A stretch of DNA of 63,429 bases, filler included, from Sphacelaria rigidula (GCA_964200075.2; 6 parts of 6 records of this genome joined end to end with filler, not necessarily neighbours in it); one strand, 5' to 3'; shown: positions 38,098 to 52,942, counted from the whole stretch's first letter. Translations and numbers: made by a program. The notes: generated by a model from the letters alone, not told the origin.

Positions 38098-41000
38098 CTG
38101 TGCGAAGAACGCCGACAAGTACATACACGCGGTTGCGAATAGAAGCAAATAAGGAAAGACCCAAGTTTCACAATGGGGGTATCTACAAAAAGGTATACCC
38201 GGTGATTTTTACACAAAATGGGGGTAGTGCACTTTTCAAGTGTCAAAATGTGCCGGTTGAGCGTGTGAAGGGCAAGTACTGAGAGCGGGAGCAGCGAAGT
38301 ATCGTTATCAACGGGGCTATTTTTTCAAGACCTTTCCGACTTCTTCGGGGAAAAAACAAAAAATGTCTTTCCCGAAAAATGTGACAGCAGATTCTTCAAC
38401 CAGGCCAAGGAATAACGAAGCAATTCAAGGCTGATCACTTGGAGCTCGTTGGGGGTTTTTTCAGCCTTTTTTTCTTCTCATTTTGACAAGTCGGAATTTC
38501 CCCCCGGAAAAGTAGGAAAAAAAGTCTGAAAAAGAGTCTCGTAAAATAACGGCCGTAAGTACGAGGGTGGGGTAGAGGACGGAGGCTTTTCTCGCACGAA
38601 ACATGCCGTGAGACTTAATTGAACCCCTCTCCCGTCAAGTGGACTGGTTTGAACCCTATGTCGTTCCACTACTCTCGTACTGTACCTACTATACCACTCA
38701 TCTTGTGGGCGGGAGGTGCGGGGGGGTGGGGGGACGCATTTGTTGCTTGCCTTCGTCCCTTGACAACTGACTAAGGAAAATAACAAATGAACACGCCCCC
38801 CACCCCCATAGGGTAAGGGGTGCAGTTGGGAGGGGAGAGGGGGTGAAAGGGGGGTGTACTCGTGATTCTGCATGCCATAGTAAATAAGACCATTGACCTC
38901 GCATCTCTGCAAACCGGGACGGAGCACGCCGGGTTTTGCCGGACCGAGCTCGCAATCACCTACCACCAAGCGCAGTGGGTCGCATGAAAGTGACTCGGTT
39001 ACGGTGACTTCGGTGAGTCGCATGAAGGGTGAGCTTCATCCCAACAAGGCTGTGTGATCCTCAGAGTACAAATTACCTTGCATATCGACCACACCCTGGA
39101 CAATGGATGATATTTTCGAAAAATGTACTGCGTACAGTATGGAATTTCTTGTCTGCTGCAATAGTCGATACTGTACGCAGTACACTTTATTACTGCGTAT
39201 TCTGTCGTCCAGGGTATGATATCGACTACAGCCTCCAATGAGTTGCTTCTTTTTCTGGCATCCCCACTTCCAGAGACAGCCACGGGTTGCACTGCCTCAT
39301 GAATGTCTCACCATTTACACACTACGTGGTACCGCGGGAGAGATGGGTTGATCCCTTGAGACCACAGACTCATGCCGAGGAAGGGGAGGGGTTCAAAGTG
39401 CGACAAAAAAAAAAGTGTTGTAGGCTAGACACGCGCTGTCTGTTGTGTTTCTATGACGATGCTACTTCACTAGAACCCAAGGGAGAACATAATTCTTCGT
39501 TTTCCCTCCCCGTTGCCATCGGCTGGTGTTCTCATGTTCTTGTCTTCTTTGGATCTTCCCATCTTACGTTGATCAGTGTCCAGTGCGCAGGCTCTGTAGA
39601 GGATCTCCTTGAACAGCACTTTCGACAGTACATCTATTTGAAAATGGTTCCTGTTGTATGTGACATTTCGATTACCGACTTAATCGCTGTTACTACGCTG
39701 TGTATACACCAGTACGTGGCAAGGTAGTCGGAGGGGTCGCACGCCGGGACCTTTTAGTTTCCAGTAGGTCTCCTGCAGATCAATCAGTCTTCAACGAATC
39801 TTTGGTGTAGGTGTCTTTTCCGTACAGAATTTTTGTTTCTCGCCTTCCTCCCTTGACGGTTTGATTTATGGGTATGGATGGACGGTATGCTCCTTGCACT
39901 CCGTGACCACGATTCCGAGAGATCGAGCTAATGTGACAAAGATAAGAATAGCAGTCATTAGAACAGCAAGAATAACAGCAAAAATAAGAGCAAGAAGAAG
40001 AAATAATGAAAATAAAGTACGACCATCGCCTTAGCGCGGAGTTGAGGTTGGGAGGGGGGGGGGGGGGGGGGCAGGGAAATGGAACAGTAGAGTTCATGGC
40101 AGCTCATCATCAGAAAATCCGCACTTGGAAGACGTTTATTTTTCGTGTGCATGAACCGGCACCATTCTCACTTCAGAACTAGACTGCAAAATCCATACGA
40201 CCGAGCTCTGGTTGGAAAAAAACAAAACAAGAAAAGGGGACTGATGCTCCCGAAGTGCTCGCGAGCGTGCCCAGCACGAGGTGTTGCACAACATCAGCAT
40301 CGAATACAGGTCGGTTAAGGGTGAATACCCGAAGTGTATTTCCCACCAGATACAAAACGCAAAACTGACCCCATAAAAACATATCTGGTGTCATAGTGAC
40401 CCCCCCCAAGCGAGCGAGGGAACAGTGTCACATACAGTAGCCAGATTTTTTCTTGCGCCCTTTGCTGTGGTGCAGTCAGTAACAACGTTCCTCGGCCAAT
40501 CAGAGGTCTTCAAATTGTTCTGATGATCGAAATAAAAATGCGAACTCCCGACACAATATCTACACAATCTTATCATGAACTCAACCTGTACCTTAGCAAC
40601 CGCCATTAGCTAGGAAATCCAACGCAATATATATATATATATATTTGAAGACGTTTTGTATGGGAGAGAGCTATACTCCAAACTGTGGCATTTCGGTGAG
40701 GTGGAGTTTTTGCGTCGTCGGATTTTCACTGGTAATGTGCCTCAAAGACCCAGAAAGCGTCGTGACAGTTTCCCTTACATCTGTCGTAGACAAGCTCAGA
40801 CCGTCCTCAAACGTGGCAGTTAGGTTGATACGGGTGCTGCAAAGGGCAAACAATCGTTGAATTTCGAAGTTTATCCGCTCTTCACCGGTTTCCGGGGATT
40901 CCAGCGTGAAGACCCCCATAAGCCGGTACAGACTACCGCAGAATTAAAAAAAATGCGGAGCTTCACTTGTCCCGAGGTATTCCAAGGAATGTTTGTACAA

Positions 41001-41435
41001 AGTTTCGTTACGTGACTCGAAATGCTGATGCAAGCCTGAACGCACGGAAACAAAAAAGGTCGATGTTTTACGCAAATCAAGTAATAAGGGGGTTCAGCAT
41101 ATCATATTTTACACTTGATCCCACAGCAGGGCAATTTCCACGTCGGGAGAAGGGAGATTTATCGCGCGGGTTTTGTCGTTAGACCGACTCTAATTGGAGG
41201 CGTTCGAACTCCCTCTGCACTCTGCTGTCCCCAGGGTTCTGGTTCGGCCTTCGGGTTGTCTTTGGATTGCAGGGTTGCGGTTGGGCTTTCGACATATGGA
41301 AGGGCATGCATGTCGACGATGGAATTTCGGAAGTGATGTTGAGGGGGGGGGGAGCGGCTTCAAATGAAGCGTGCGCGCTCGTGTCTTTCACGTCGCAAAT
41401 CCGGATTCCCACAGGTGGCGAGTGATCCTACGACA

Positions 41436-41940
41436 GGGGGGGGGGTATTCATGATCCTGCGTGCCGTAGTCATGGGACAATTGACCTCGCATCCCTGTGA
41501 AGCCGGGACGGAGCACGCCGGGTTTTCGCCGCACCAGGCTCGCAATCAGTCACCAATCGCAAGAGTGCCGTGACGTGTTCGGCGAGTCGCATGAAGGTTG
41601 AGCTGCATCCTGCTCTGATTGTTCGGCCCATAGCGTACTGATTATCTTGCATTTGAATGACAGCCTCCAATGAGTTGCTTCATTTTGTGGTATCGCCACT
41701 TCCAGAGACAGCTATGGGTTCCACACTGCCCTAGTGTGTGTGTCACCACGTCATCACTACGTAGTATGATCATTCCCTTTGCACGGAATTGAGATGTTTC
41801 ATCCCGCACAATATGGCGTACCTCGACCACCACCATCAGGGCTACCGCGAAGAAAAGGCAAACGCAAAAAAGAGAACGGTCACCTGGTGGCCTAGCTTAC
41901 GCAGTGATTGACGTGTTTCAAAGCTCTTTTCTCACCCCGT
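41436..41940 (-). mobile_element. Family C SINE-like copy (near full length)
   Basis: Reverse complement of 25172-25690; begins GGGGGGGGGGTATTCATGATC on the + strand. Confidence 0.85.
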
Positions 41941-42254
41941 TGAACTCGGGGGAGCTACTTCTCATGTTTTTCTTGGCGGCTCTCTTCTTATTTTAATCTC
42001 GGTAATATTTGACTTCATTGCGTTTGTTCATGTAATTAGGCTGGAGTCTCTGAAAAAGTTATGGGGGACTCCATGTCTTGCAAGGAATAGCAGGGACGGT
42101 ATTGGAAAGACGAGCCTCCGTCAGTGACCATGGGTTCGAGAGAATGGACTAATGTGCGGAAATAATAATAATAACAATAATAATAATAAATAATAACAAT
42201 AATAATAACTAGTGGTAAGCCACGGCTGACGCGCGTGGCAGCAGTGCCGAACGT

Positions 42255-42354
42255 NNNNNNNNNNNNNNNNNNNNNNNNNNNNNNNNNNNNNNNNNNNNTT
42301 AATTAATTAANNNNNNNNNNNNNNNNNNNNNNNNNNNNNNNNNNNNNNNNNNNN
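42255..42354. other. Artificial contig linker
   Basis: N44-TTAATTAATTAA-N44. Confidence 0.98.
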
Positions 42355-45275
42355 GGTGGTGGTGGTAGTAGTAGTAGTAGTAGTGGTCGTATTAGTAGTA
42401 GTAGGGGTCGTAGTAGTAGTTGTTGCTGTTGTTGGTGCTGGTGCTGTTGCTGTTGCTGGTGCTGTTGCTGTGTGCTTTAATGTGTTGTTTTTGTGTAATA
42501 TTATGATTCGTCACGATCCCTCAGTAGTAGTAGTAGTAGTTGTTGTTGTCGTTATCGTTGTCGTTGCTGTTGCTGCTGTGCGCTCTAATTTGTTGTTTTT
42601 GTGTAATGTTATGATTCGTCGCAATCCCTTGTCGTTGCCGTTGTCGATATCCTCGTCGTTGTCATAACGTTTTCGTCGTCCTTCTTCCTGTTGCTGGTAC
42701 TGACGCTACTCCCGCCGCCGCCGCCGCCGCTCATCCCCTCTGTCGTGCCAGGCGGAAGCGTTCTTAATGGAAACCGAAAATATGCACATCGTCTCCCTGG
42801 GTGATTTAGGGGCCTACGGTAAGCGACGGCCACCTTGTCCGTACCCTCAACTGTTTGCATGCACTTTTTGCTGTTGGTGTTGCTGTTGGTGTTGTTGCAC
42901 AATTTGAACCCTGCGCCATTCCCAGGTCTCAAGGGATCATCCCATTTCTCGCCCAGGTGATGAATCGATAGATTGATTGTCGCATATTTCATGCTTCCTC
43001 ACCCTTTCGAGCGAATTGAGACTGGTCAGCGAATGCCTTCCGTGATATCTACCTAAATTGTCGCGCGCATGGTATCAAACTGATCGACATGGATAACCGA
43101 AGAGGGTGACGGAGCCGGATTTTCGTTTTAGGACCGTCGTAGTGGTGCTGAGGGCGAAAAGTACGGTGGAAAGGTACCTCAACATATCGGTGGTCTTGAA
43201 GTTGATCTGAAAGTAAAATATGAATTCCAACAACAAATTCTACCCAATCTCCACACACTTAACGTCGTAGTAACCACAATCAGCTCGGGAACCTGACCGA
43301 AAAAAACGGTTTTGAAAGCGGTTTCCGTGGAACCAAATTCTCCCAAAACCGTGGTATTGCGGTGATGCGGGGTTTTGCCACCGTCGGGTTTCTAATGATG
43401 GTACGCACGAAAGACCACGGAAGGCTGCCGACGGTTTTCCTTTCGTCTACCGTAGAAGAGCTCTGACCGCCCTCAAACCTGTCAGTTTGGTAGGTATTTA
43501 TGTTCCAACATAAGAAAAAAATGGTAGAACACACGTGAAAGGTTCTCCGCCCTTTACCGGCTTCCGGGGGTTCCCTTGTGAAGACCCCCGGAATTCGGCA
43601 CAGCATGTATACGAATAAATAGAAAGATGGGCTACTCGTTCCGGGATAATCCAAGGTACGTTTTGTACGAAGTGTTGCTGTGTAACTAAAAAATGGATGC
43701 AGTGGGGTCATTTTAACATCAAACGTACCCGAAAAAGTCGTTTCAATACTGAAATGAAGTAGTTGGGAGTCTATACCTGTTGAACCCACGCTGTTGCTCA
43801 AAAGCCCAGATGTTCACGCCGATTCTTGGAGTCACGACTCGCTGAAAATATGCACACACATGGACACTACGGGGTATCTCAAGAAAAGGAATATGGGAAG
43901 TTTTTTTTTCTTTCTTCTTTCTCGCAAATTTTCAGGGGTCCCAATACGGCATGATAGTTCCCTTGACCCTGGGAGTTGCGATCTTTTTTTTATCGAGATT
44001 ACTGTTCCTGAGATTTTTCCAATTGCTCCATGGTATTTGTCTGCAAATTTGCAGAGTCTTATCTCCAAGAATCGGCGTGAACATTGCGGATGAGTGAATT
44101 TTGAGTCGAAAACGTGAACTAGCCTGTCCGTGATTCCCCGAGCCATTCAGCCTTTGTCATTATCCACGACATAGATGTATCCGAGCTGAAAAAGAGAAAT
44201 GGGAAAAGAGAGAAGATGAAACAATCAAACCGTTCCTGTTGTAATTTGATACTCCGATTATATATGTAATATTTATATACACATATATAATTTCACAATT
44301 TTCACCACTTTTGTCGAGTTTTCTCTGGCGGCAAGGCATCTTATCACGCGCTTTTTTTTGCAGTGCACCAAGAAGGTGCAGCGGTACATCATTTTTCAGG
44401 TTTGGGTGTCATCTGATACCTGTGGCGCGTGTTCTACCCATCGAAAGTCGCCCACACTGGCTCTGTTTCGCGGGGTGTCGATCCCGAACCACAAAAAGCT
44501 TCTTCAAGATGATGGAAAACTTCAAACAGGAACCTAAACAACAAAAGCCTGTTCATGGCGGGGTATTTCTCCGCGTTCTCGTTGATTCGGGATCACGAAG
44601 ACAGCGGTTAAGCGGCGAATGTCACGAGAACATGAATGCACAGCAGTTGAAAACAATCGAACATTGTCTTCGCCTTAGTCACCAGCAAAAACAAGACCGT
44701 ACAATGAGCCGTTGGCGAGTAAAGCAAGGCACACACGTGGGCAAACGTCCCCACTGTGGGTCAGCTGTGCTGGACAAGCGCAGGGGGTGACGAAACCCCT
44801 GTGATCATGCAGCCCGTAATAGACAGTTCCCTCAAAGGATGCAACTGTGTGAAGTACCGGCGCAGGAATGTCCTTGTGACAGGGATGACAGAGATGTCCT
44901 TGTGACAAGGATGCATCCCTGCACAAGTATTTCACAGAAGGGACCTGAAGAAGTGTACGTAAACAATGGTTGGTACTATGGAGATGCCACCAACTCTAAC
45001 GCTAACCCTAACACTAACATCGACCAAGGCACACCGAGAACTCTCGGGCAAGGGAGGTGCAGTTTCTTAGCTAAAGCGTGCGTTGCGAGAGCTTGAATCG
45101 ACGCCTTTGAGCCGATTTTGGCCCAAAACACGTTCTGGACGACATGGTTCCACTGCTCACTACTACTCACCTGCCTCAAAACATGATTTTTCTCAGAACT
45201 TTCTTCAGTATGGAACCAAGTAAAATCGAGTACCAATCGATGTTATGTACATTTCTTTAGGTCTACCAGTGTTGC
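42355..45275 (+). repeat. Left arm of a 2.9-kb inverted duplication (pairs with 49921-52842)
   Basis: Mirror-image identical ORFs in the track (e.g. 43280..43801- = 51396..51917+; 42356..42667+ = 52530..52841-). Homology ends at ...TAGGTCTACCAGTGTTGC (45275). Confidence 0.97.
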
Positions 45276-46809
45276 GCCAAAAAAAGAGTCCAATGTATGC
45301 GGATTTCCGCATACAAGAGTGATCGTATAAATTATCAGCTGGAATCATTTAACAACGTAGGTGTAGTCCATACGAGCGAGGTGCCCCAGGGGAAGGACCT
45401 ACGGCCCAACGTTCAGCATATCTGAAAAGCTATGTTCAAGGCTAGATTGTCGGCACAAGTTGCAGATTGAAACCGTCATTGTGTCGCGCGTTCGGTGGTG
45501 TGTACGGTGTTGCGCGGTACGGGTTCCTTGCGGGCCCCATGGTCCGACGATAGGTGGCGACCACGCTTCGCGTTCCAGCGCATCACCACGCCTCGGGCGT
45601 TGTTTATGGAATGTACATCCGCTTGAAAAGTAAGCATCTCAATTGCTTTAGAAAAAAACGAGAACGGCAGTTTCGCTTGCATCCATGTCCGGCGGAGCAG
45701 CTGATGGATTTGAAATTTGAAAACTCCATCATGACCAATATATCAAGTGCATATCAACTGTAATATGCTGATGCAATGTATGGCCTACAGACAGTATCCG
45801 TACCGTGATACGGCGTAACCGCATCTGAGATGCGGCGTAACCAGGGCTTACGTCACCGCATCTCATGTTTATTTGGATACTTTCCTACGGTAAACTCCCA
45901 CTTTCGAGTGCAACTTTGCTCGTGGATTTTTCGCCTGCGACTGCGCGTTCCATCATGGAACTTTGCACACTCATCGGACACAACAATACAGTAGCTGGGA
46001 TCAATACATCTGTGCAGTCTAATTAGTACACAATATGTATACATCATGCTGTATACTACCGACAGTATATTGTGTTCCCATGCAGCGGGCTTATATTGCA
46101 GGAGTGTAGATATTGTGCTCCCATCCCCCCCCCCCAAAATAAAATAAAAATAATAATCCACCCCCGACATTATATCAACCATACAACCAATTAACCAATT
46201 CATCAATCCATGGCTCTATTTACTGAAGTATTATTTCACGTTTATTTATTTAAATATATATTTCAAAATATTCATCTATTGAATTGTTTATTGAATTGCT
46301 TATTAAATTGCTTATTTCATTACTTATTTCATTGGTTTATTACAATAGAAGATGCAGGTATGTGATAAAATAAGTGAATTGCGACCAAGGGTGTGCATTC
46401 GGAGTCGTGAGCTGTAACAACGTGAGATTGAGAGTAGAGCGCTGATTGAGAGTGGCTTTGGTCATTCGATCTAATTTTCCCATTTTTTTATTCCGTGTGT
46501 GCTTTTCTTTGCCTCCATCACTGGCGTGTGCTTACAGTTACACATCGATATCCTACTCAGGGATATCAAGGGCCTCAGTGGCATGCTCCTACAGAAAGCA
46601 TATCGGGCCTCGTGGAGGGCCTATCCCAAGCACGCTTCAAGTGCAGGTCAATAGGGTCTACCCAAGATTTTGATAATTTGGGAACGGTGGAGATCCACGC
46701 CCACAGCGGCAGCCAGCCCAGTGCTGTTGCTCCCCTAAGTAAAGCCCATACAAGTCATTTTTCCTGACTTGGGCAGGTGCTGAGACTTTCGAAAATATCA
46801 AAGCGTCGA

Positions 46810-47260
46810 TTATAAACACGGGATTTTACAAACCGAGGATGATTTTTTATTGAAGATGAGAAACCCGAGGAATTCAAATCTTCGTATCCCCACCGAATCT
46901 TCGATATATGGTTCCATTTTTTCACTTGCCAGTAGCTGTTGACAACTACTGCACGCGATACAAATTTGGATTCCGACAACCAAAATGTTGGGATCCTCGG
47001 TGAAGAATTTTTTTGAAGAATTTCGACGATCGGATGGGATCATCTAAATCCCCCACAATTATTTCTTCACCTAGGACCCCAACATGTCAGTTATCAGGAT
47101 TCAAATTTGTATGGCGTGCAGCAGTTTCTAATAGCTACCAGTAGGTGAAAGAGTGGAACTATATTTCGAAGATTTGGTGTGGATAGGAAGCTTTTAGTCC
47201 TCCGGGTTTTCATCCTCAATAAAAAATCCATGCCCAATTTGTAATATCCCGTGTTCATAC
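46810..47260. mobile_element. Diverged ~450-bp palindromic MITE/foldback
   Basis: AACACGGGATTTTACAAA...TTTTTTATTGAAGATGAGAAACCCG pairs with CGGGTTTTCATCCTCAATAAAAAA...TTTGTAATATCCCGTGTT. The inner ATGTTGGGATCCTCGGTGAAGAA pairs with TTCTTCACCTAGGACCCCAACAT. Confidence 0.75.
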
Positions 47261-47807
47261 CATATCTATCACGCCCTTGGCACGTTTTGCCCATTCTCGC
47301 CAACTCTTGTCCCCATATTTTCGGCCTCCAGAACGGAAACCAAAAAAGATTGAAGGAAAGGAAGAAGAAAACATTCCATCTATTGTCAGGGTTTTGGCAG
47401 AGGAGGTTAATTTGTCCCAGTTCTTCATTATTCTATCCATGTTTAATGTGAATTGATTCGAGTATGAACATCTATATTACTCGGACCTTTGGTGGGACTG
47501 GAAGTTCTAAGTGCTTGCTTTCTAGCGTGTGCAGAATTCGTTCTTGTTCAAATCGGCACCGATTTGAGGTCTGCTGATGAGCACTTTGCCCAAGATACCC
47601 TTTGCAACCCCCCTACCCCTCTTGCCCGAGGGTTCTCGGTACTGCCTCGGGTTGAGGTTAGGGTTGAGGGTATTCGAAACCTGTCAACCGAGGATATAAC
47701 GGCGCCGCACCGGGACAATGTCTTTGTACCCCCAAAATCTGTCCATGTCTCCATGGAGCGGTTTGACCTCCGGAGCGCGGCGGCGATTCTTGTGCCTGTG
47801 TGCCCAG

Positions 47808-47953
47808 GTGTTGCTGGCACGACGGAGTGCTTTACGCTAGCCCGAGAGTATCTGGAGGGTTTCCAGGCACCCATGGATGTGATCACGGGCAACCACGACC
47901 TCGAGGGCCTTTCAGAGTTCGCCACGGACAACGACAACCTCGTGGCGTTTCAG
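47808..47953 (+). CDS. Internal exon of a calcineurin-like metallophosphoesterase
   Basis: AG/GT-bounded 146-nt exon encoding VAGTTECFTLAREYLEGFQAPMDVITGNHDLEGLSEFATDNDNLVAFQ, which carries the GNHD metallophosphoesterase motif. Confidence 0.75.
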
Positions 47954-48006
47954 GTGACTTTTTGTTTACTGTACGTTTGATTTTTATCGCCCGCGTATTA
48001 TTGTAT

Positions 48007-48124
<118 letters not shown>

Positions 48125-48599
48125 TTTTAGGTTTATTTCCGCACATTAGCCCGATCTCTCGAACCCGTAGTGACAGACGTAGACTCGTCGTCCCAATTCC
48201 GTCCCTGCTATTCCCCACTAGAGATGAGGTTCTCATCGTTTCTTCTGAGACTCCAGAAAAAACAAAAACAAAACAAACAATATAACACCAACTCGAAACA
48301 AGAGAGACGTCGAGAAAACAGGAGATAAACAGCCCCCCCCCCCATAGTTCATCGGTGTGAGATACAAACAAACCCCTCAGATCTGCTAATAAAGTATACA
48401 GAAAAAGGGGAAAATGCAAAAGGCAAGGGTAACAAGAGGTATTTGAATGACCGCCAACCGAGGGTCAGCTCAACAACTCCCGGCACCCTCGTAGACAAAT
48501 ACCAAAGCTGTTCGGAAGACGGCAGGTGCATTGGCGAGTGTACTATGTGACAATCTACTCGGTACGTTTCGGTGGTCCGGGGTAGGCGCCGAGGAAACT

Positions 48600-49110
48600 C
48601 TAGCGGTAGCACAGCAAACACTTCCTCAGCCTGGCGTCTGTTGGTCCAGGCTGTCATGTGCATCTTGGCCCCCTCCTCTACGGTTCGGTACCATTCGGAA
48701 ACATTTGGGAAATCTGCGTCCATCATGTCGCGTCCATTCCGAAGTCGGAGCAGTATTTCGGGACACTGTGTTGTAGGCGCCTGCAGGTGGGGCCTGCCTT
48801 CGTCTCCCCTCCGATCATCACGTCACGTATGACGGCGTTGGGGAAGCGTTCATCGTGCATGTGCACGACGTGACCGGCCTCTAGGAGGATTCACCTCATC
48901 ACGGTAGCCTCAAAGCACTCACAGCTAGTTCTGTCGAGGACTTCGCGGTATGGCAGCACGTGGTAGTCGCGAGCGCTGCGGCTTGAGGTATCCCGGATGA
49001 GGCACCTCAGCAGGCCTTGTACGAGTATATATATATATATATATATAATATATATATACACAAGATTCCCCTTCGCGAGGTTGGTACGAGCCTCCCGGGG
49101 GTGACGCAAG
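48600..49110 (-). mobile_element. RTE-clade LINE, degenerate 3' ORF fragment interrupted by a (TA)n tract
   Basis: CVT...LLRCLI...DYHVLPYREVLDRTSCECFEATVMR*ILLEAGHVVHMHDERFPNAVI...WYRTVEEGAKMHMTAW resembles the RTE ORF C-terminus pattern (ESIEAxxRxRRLxFAGHVxRMxxxRLP). It contains a stop and a (TA)n tract at ~49025-49058. Confidence 0.75.
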
Positions 49111-49920
49111 TCGATAATATCAAATATACTTCGTATGCCTTCTCAGTGCGGTGGAAAAGAAAGCGTGGGAAAAAATGCCTTGCTGGCAGAGAAACCTCGG
49201 GAAAAGTGGTGAAAATGTGAAATGATACATGTACATAATACACATGGGTTGAATGCAGGGAGAAAAAGCGCGCGAGTCATCGCTTTTTCCGCTTCGATCG
49301 AACAGGTATATTTTGCCCTCCGCGAAAAATAAATAGATGTGGACAAACAAACCCAACTGATGAGGGAGCCTCCAATTTCACAGAAGGATATTTTCGTGAG
49401 ATTCAGAGTAGAGGATACGATTGAGAAGGAAAAGCGGTCAATTAGTGATTTATTCGTTTCAGTTCCGAAATATCCCTCCGCGAGGCCCTTACTGAAACAG
49501 CGGGCTTACTCATAGTTATTCACCCGTAAAGTACCGGCGCAGAGATGTTCCTGTGGAGTCAGTGTTGCGCCGAAAAGAAAAAAAAACTTTTTTGGGAACA
49601 AAATCTTACCGTTTTGCCGTCTAGTGCGCACTGCTGCAGCACACAGCACCAGATATAGCGACTTGGAACTGTTGACTGTGGTTTGCACAGCGTATGACCG
49701 ATGTTTCAGCGCCTCGCAGCGGCTGCAGCGCGCTTAGGACCGTGCGCCATGAAGTGCGCAGCTCTACAGACTGTATGCCGATCGATGCACTACAGATGGT
49801 CATGATCCAGAAAGGGCCGCAGAACAGATCGGTGCCAGTTTGCTACCGCATCGGCCGTCCAGCCGCTGAACATGTCCAAGTTTATGCATCTGCGCGTGCA
49901 TGTATGCATTCGCCTGTAGT

Positions 49921-52842
49921 GCGACACTGGTAGACCTAAAGAAATGTGCATAAACAACGATTGGTACTCGAGTTGACTTGATTCCATACTGAAGAAAGTT
50001 CTGAGAAAAATCATGATGTAGGGTAGGTGAGCAGTAGTGAGCAGTAGAACCATGTCGTCCAAAACGTGTTTTGGGCCAAAATCGGCTCAAAGGCGTCGAT
50101 TCAAGCTCTCGCAACGCACGTTTTAGCTAAGAAACTGCACCTCCCTTGCCCGAGAGTTCTCGGTGTGCCTTGGTCGATGTTAGTGTTAGGGTTAGCGTTA
50201 GAGTTGGTGGCATCTCCATAGTACCAACCATTGTTTACGTACACTTCTTCAGGTCCCTTCTGTGAAATACTTGTGCAGGGATGCATCCTTGTCACAAGGA
50301 CATCTCTGTCACCCCTGTCACAAAGACATTCCTGCGCCGGTACTTCACACAGTTGCATCCTTTGAGGGAACTGTCTGTTACGGGCTGCATGATCACAGGG
50401 GTTTCGTCACCCCCCTGCGCTTGTCCAGCACAGCTGACCCACAGTGGGGACGTTTGCCCACGTGTGTGCCTTGCTTTACTCGCCAACGGCTCATTGTACG
50501 GTCTTGTTTTTGCTGGTGACTAAGGCGAAGACAATGTTCGATTGTTTTCAACTGCTGTGCATTCATGTTCTCGTGACATTCGCTGCATAACCGCTGTCTT
50601 CGTGATCCCGAATCAACGAGAACGCAAAGAAATACCCCGCCATGAACAGGCTTTTGTGGTTCGGGCTCCTGTTTGAAGTTTTCCATCATCTTGAAGAGGC
50701 TTTTGTGGTTCGGGATCGACACCCCGCGAAACAGAGCCAGTGTGGGCGACTTTCGATGGGTAGAACACGCGCCACAGGTATCAGATGACACCCAAACCTG
50801 AAAAATGATGTACCGCTGCACCTTCTTGGTGCACTGCAAAAAAAAGCGCGTGATAAGATGCCTTGCCGCCAGAGAAAACTCGACAAAAGTGGTGAAAATT
50901 GTGAAATTATATATGTGTATATAAATATTACATATATAATCGGAGTATCAAATTACAACAGGAACGGTTTGATTGTTTCATCTTCTCTCTTTTCCCATTT
51001 CTCTTTTTCAGCTCGGATACATCTATGTCGTGGATAATGACAAAGGCTGAATGGCTCGGGGAATCACGGACAGGCTAGTTCACGTTTTCGACTCAAAATT
51101 CACTCATCCGCAATGTTCACGCCGATTCTTGGAGATAAGACTCTGCAAATTTGCAGACAAATACCATGGAGCAATTGGAAAAATCTCAGGAACAGTAATC
51201 TCGATAAAAAAAAGATCGCAACTCCCAGGGTCAAGGGAACTATCATGCCGTATTGGGACCCCTGAAAATTTGCGAGAAAGAAGAAAGAAAAAAAAACTTC
51301 CCATATTCCTTTTCTTGAGATACCCCGTAGTGTCCATGTGTGTGCATATTTTCAGCGAGTCGTGACTCCAAGAATCGGCGTGAACATCTGGGCTTTTGAG
51401 CAACAGCGTGGGTTCAACAGGTATAGACTCCCAACTACTTCATTTCAGTATTGAAACGACTTTTTCGGGTACGTTTGATGTTAAAATGACCCCACTGCAT
51501 CCATTTTTTAGTTACACAGCAACACTTCGTACAAAACGTACCTTGGATTATCCCGGAACGAGTAGCCCATCTTTCTATTTATTCGTATACATGCTGTGCC
51601 GAATTCCGGGGGTCTTCACAAGGGAACCCCCGGAAGCCGGTAAAGGGCGGAGAACCTTTCACGTGTGTTCTACCATTTTTTTCTTATGTTGGAACATAAA
51701 TACCTACCAAACTGACAGGTTTGAGGGCGGTCAGAGCTCTTCTACGGTAGACGAAAGGAAAACCGTCGGCAGCCTTCCGTGGTCTTTCGTGCGTACCATC
51801 ATTAGAAACCCGACGGTGGCAAAACCCCGCATCACCGCAATACCACGGTTTTGGGAGAATTTGGTTCCACGGAAACCGCTTTCAAAACCGTTTTTTTCGG
51901 TCAGGTTCCCGAGCTGATTGTGGTTACTACGACGTTAAGTGTGTGGAGATTGGGTAGAATTTGTTGTTGGAATTCATATTTTACTTTCAGATCAACTTCA
52001 AGACCACCGATATGTTGAGGTACCTTTCCACCGTACTTTTCGCCCTCAGCACCACTACGACGGTCCTAAAACGAAAATCCGGCTCCGTCACCCTCTTCGG
52101 TTATCCATGTCGATCAGTTTGATACCATGCGCGCGACAATTTAGGTAGATATCACGGAAGGCATTCGCTGACCAGTCTCAATTCGCTCGAAAGGGTGAGG
52201 AAGCATGAAATATGCGACAATCAATCTATCGATTCATCACCTGGGCGAGAAATGGGATGATCCCTTGAGACCTGGGAATGGCGCAGGGTTCAAATTGTGC
52301 AACAACACCAACAGCAACACCAACAGCAAAAAGTGCATGCAAACAGTTGAGGGTACGGACAAGGTGGCCGTCGCTTACCGTAGGCCCCTAAATCACCCAG
52401 GGAGACGATGTGCATATTTTCGGTTTCCATTAAGAACGCTTCCGCCTGGCACGACAGAGGGGATGAGCGGCGGCGGCGGCGGCGGGAGTAGCGTCAGTAC
52501 CAGCAACAGGAAGAAGGACGACGAAAACGTTATGACAACGACGAGGATATCGACAACGGCAACGACAAGGGATTGCGACGAATCATAACATTACACAAAA
52601 ACAACAAATTAGAGCGCACAGCAGCAACAGCAACGACAACGATAACGACAACAACAACTACTACTACTACTACTGAGGGATCGTGACGAATCATAATATT
52701 ACACAAAAACAACACATTAAAGCACACAGCAACAGCACCAGCAACAGCAACAGCACCAGCACCAACAACAGCAACAACTACTACTACGACCCCTACTACT
52801 ACTAATACGACCACTACTACTACTACTACTACCACCACCACC
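49921..52842 (-). repeat. Right arm of the 2.9-kb inverted duplication
   Basis: Reverse complement of 42355-45275. Confidence 0.97.
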
Positions 52843-52942
52843 NNNNNNNNNNNNNNNNNNNNNNNNNNNNNNNNNNNNNNNNNNNNTTAATTAATTAANN
52901 NNNNNNNNNNNNNNNNNNNNNNNNNNNNNNNNNNNNNNNNNN
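52843..52942. other. Artificial contig linker
   Basis: N44-TTAATTAATTAA-N44. Confidence 0.98.
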
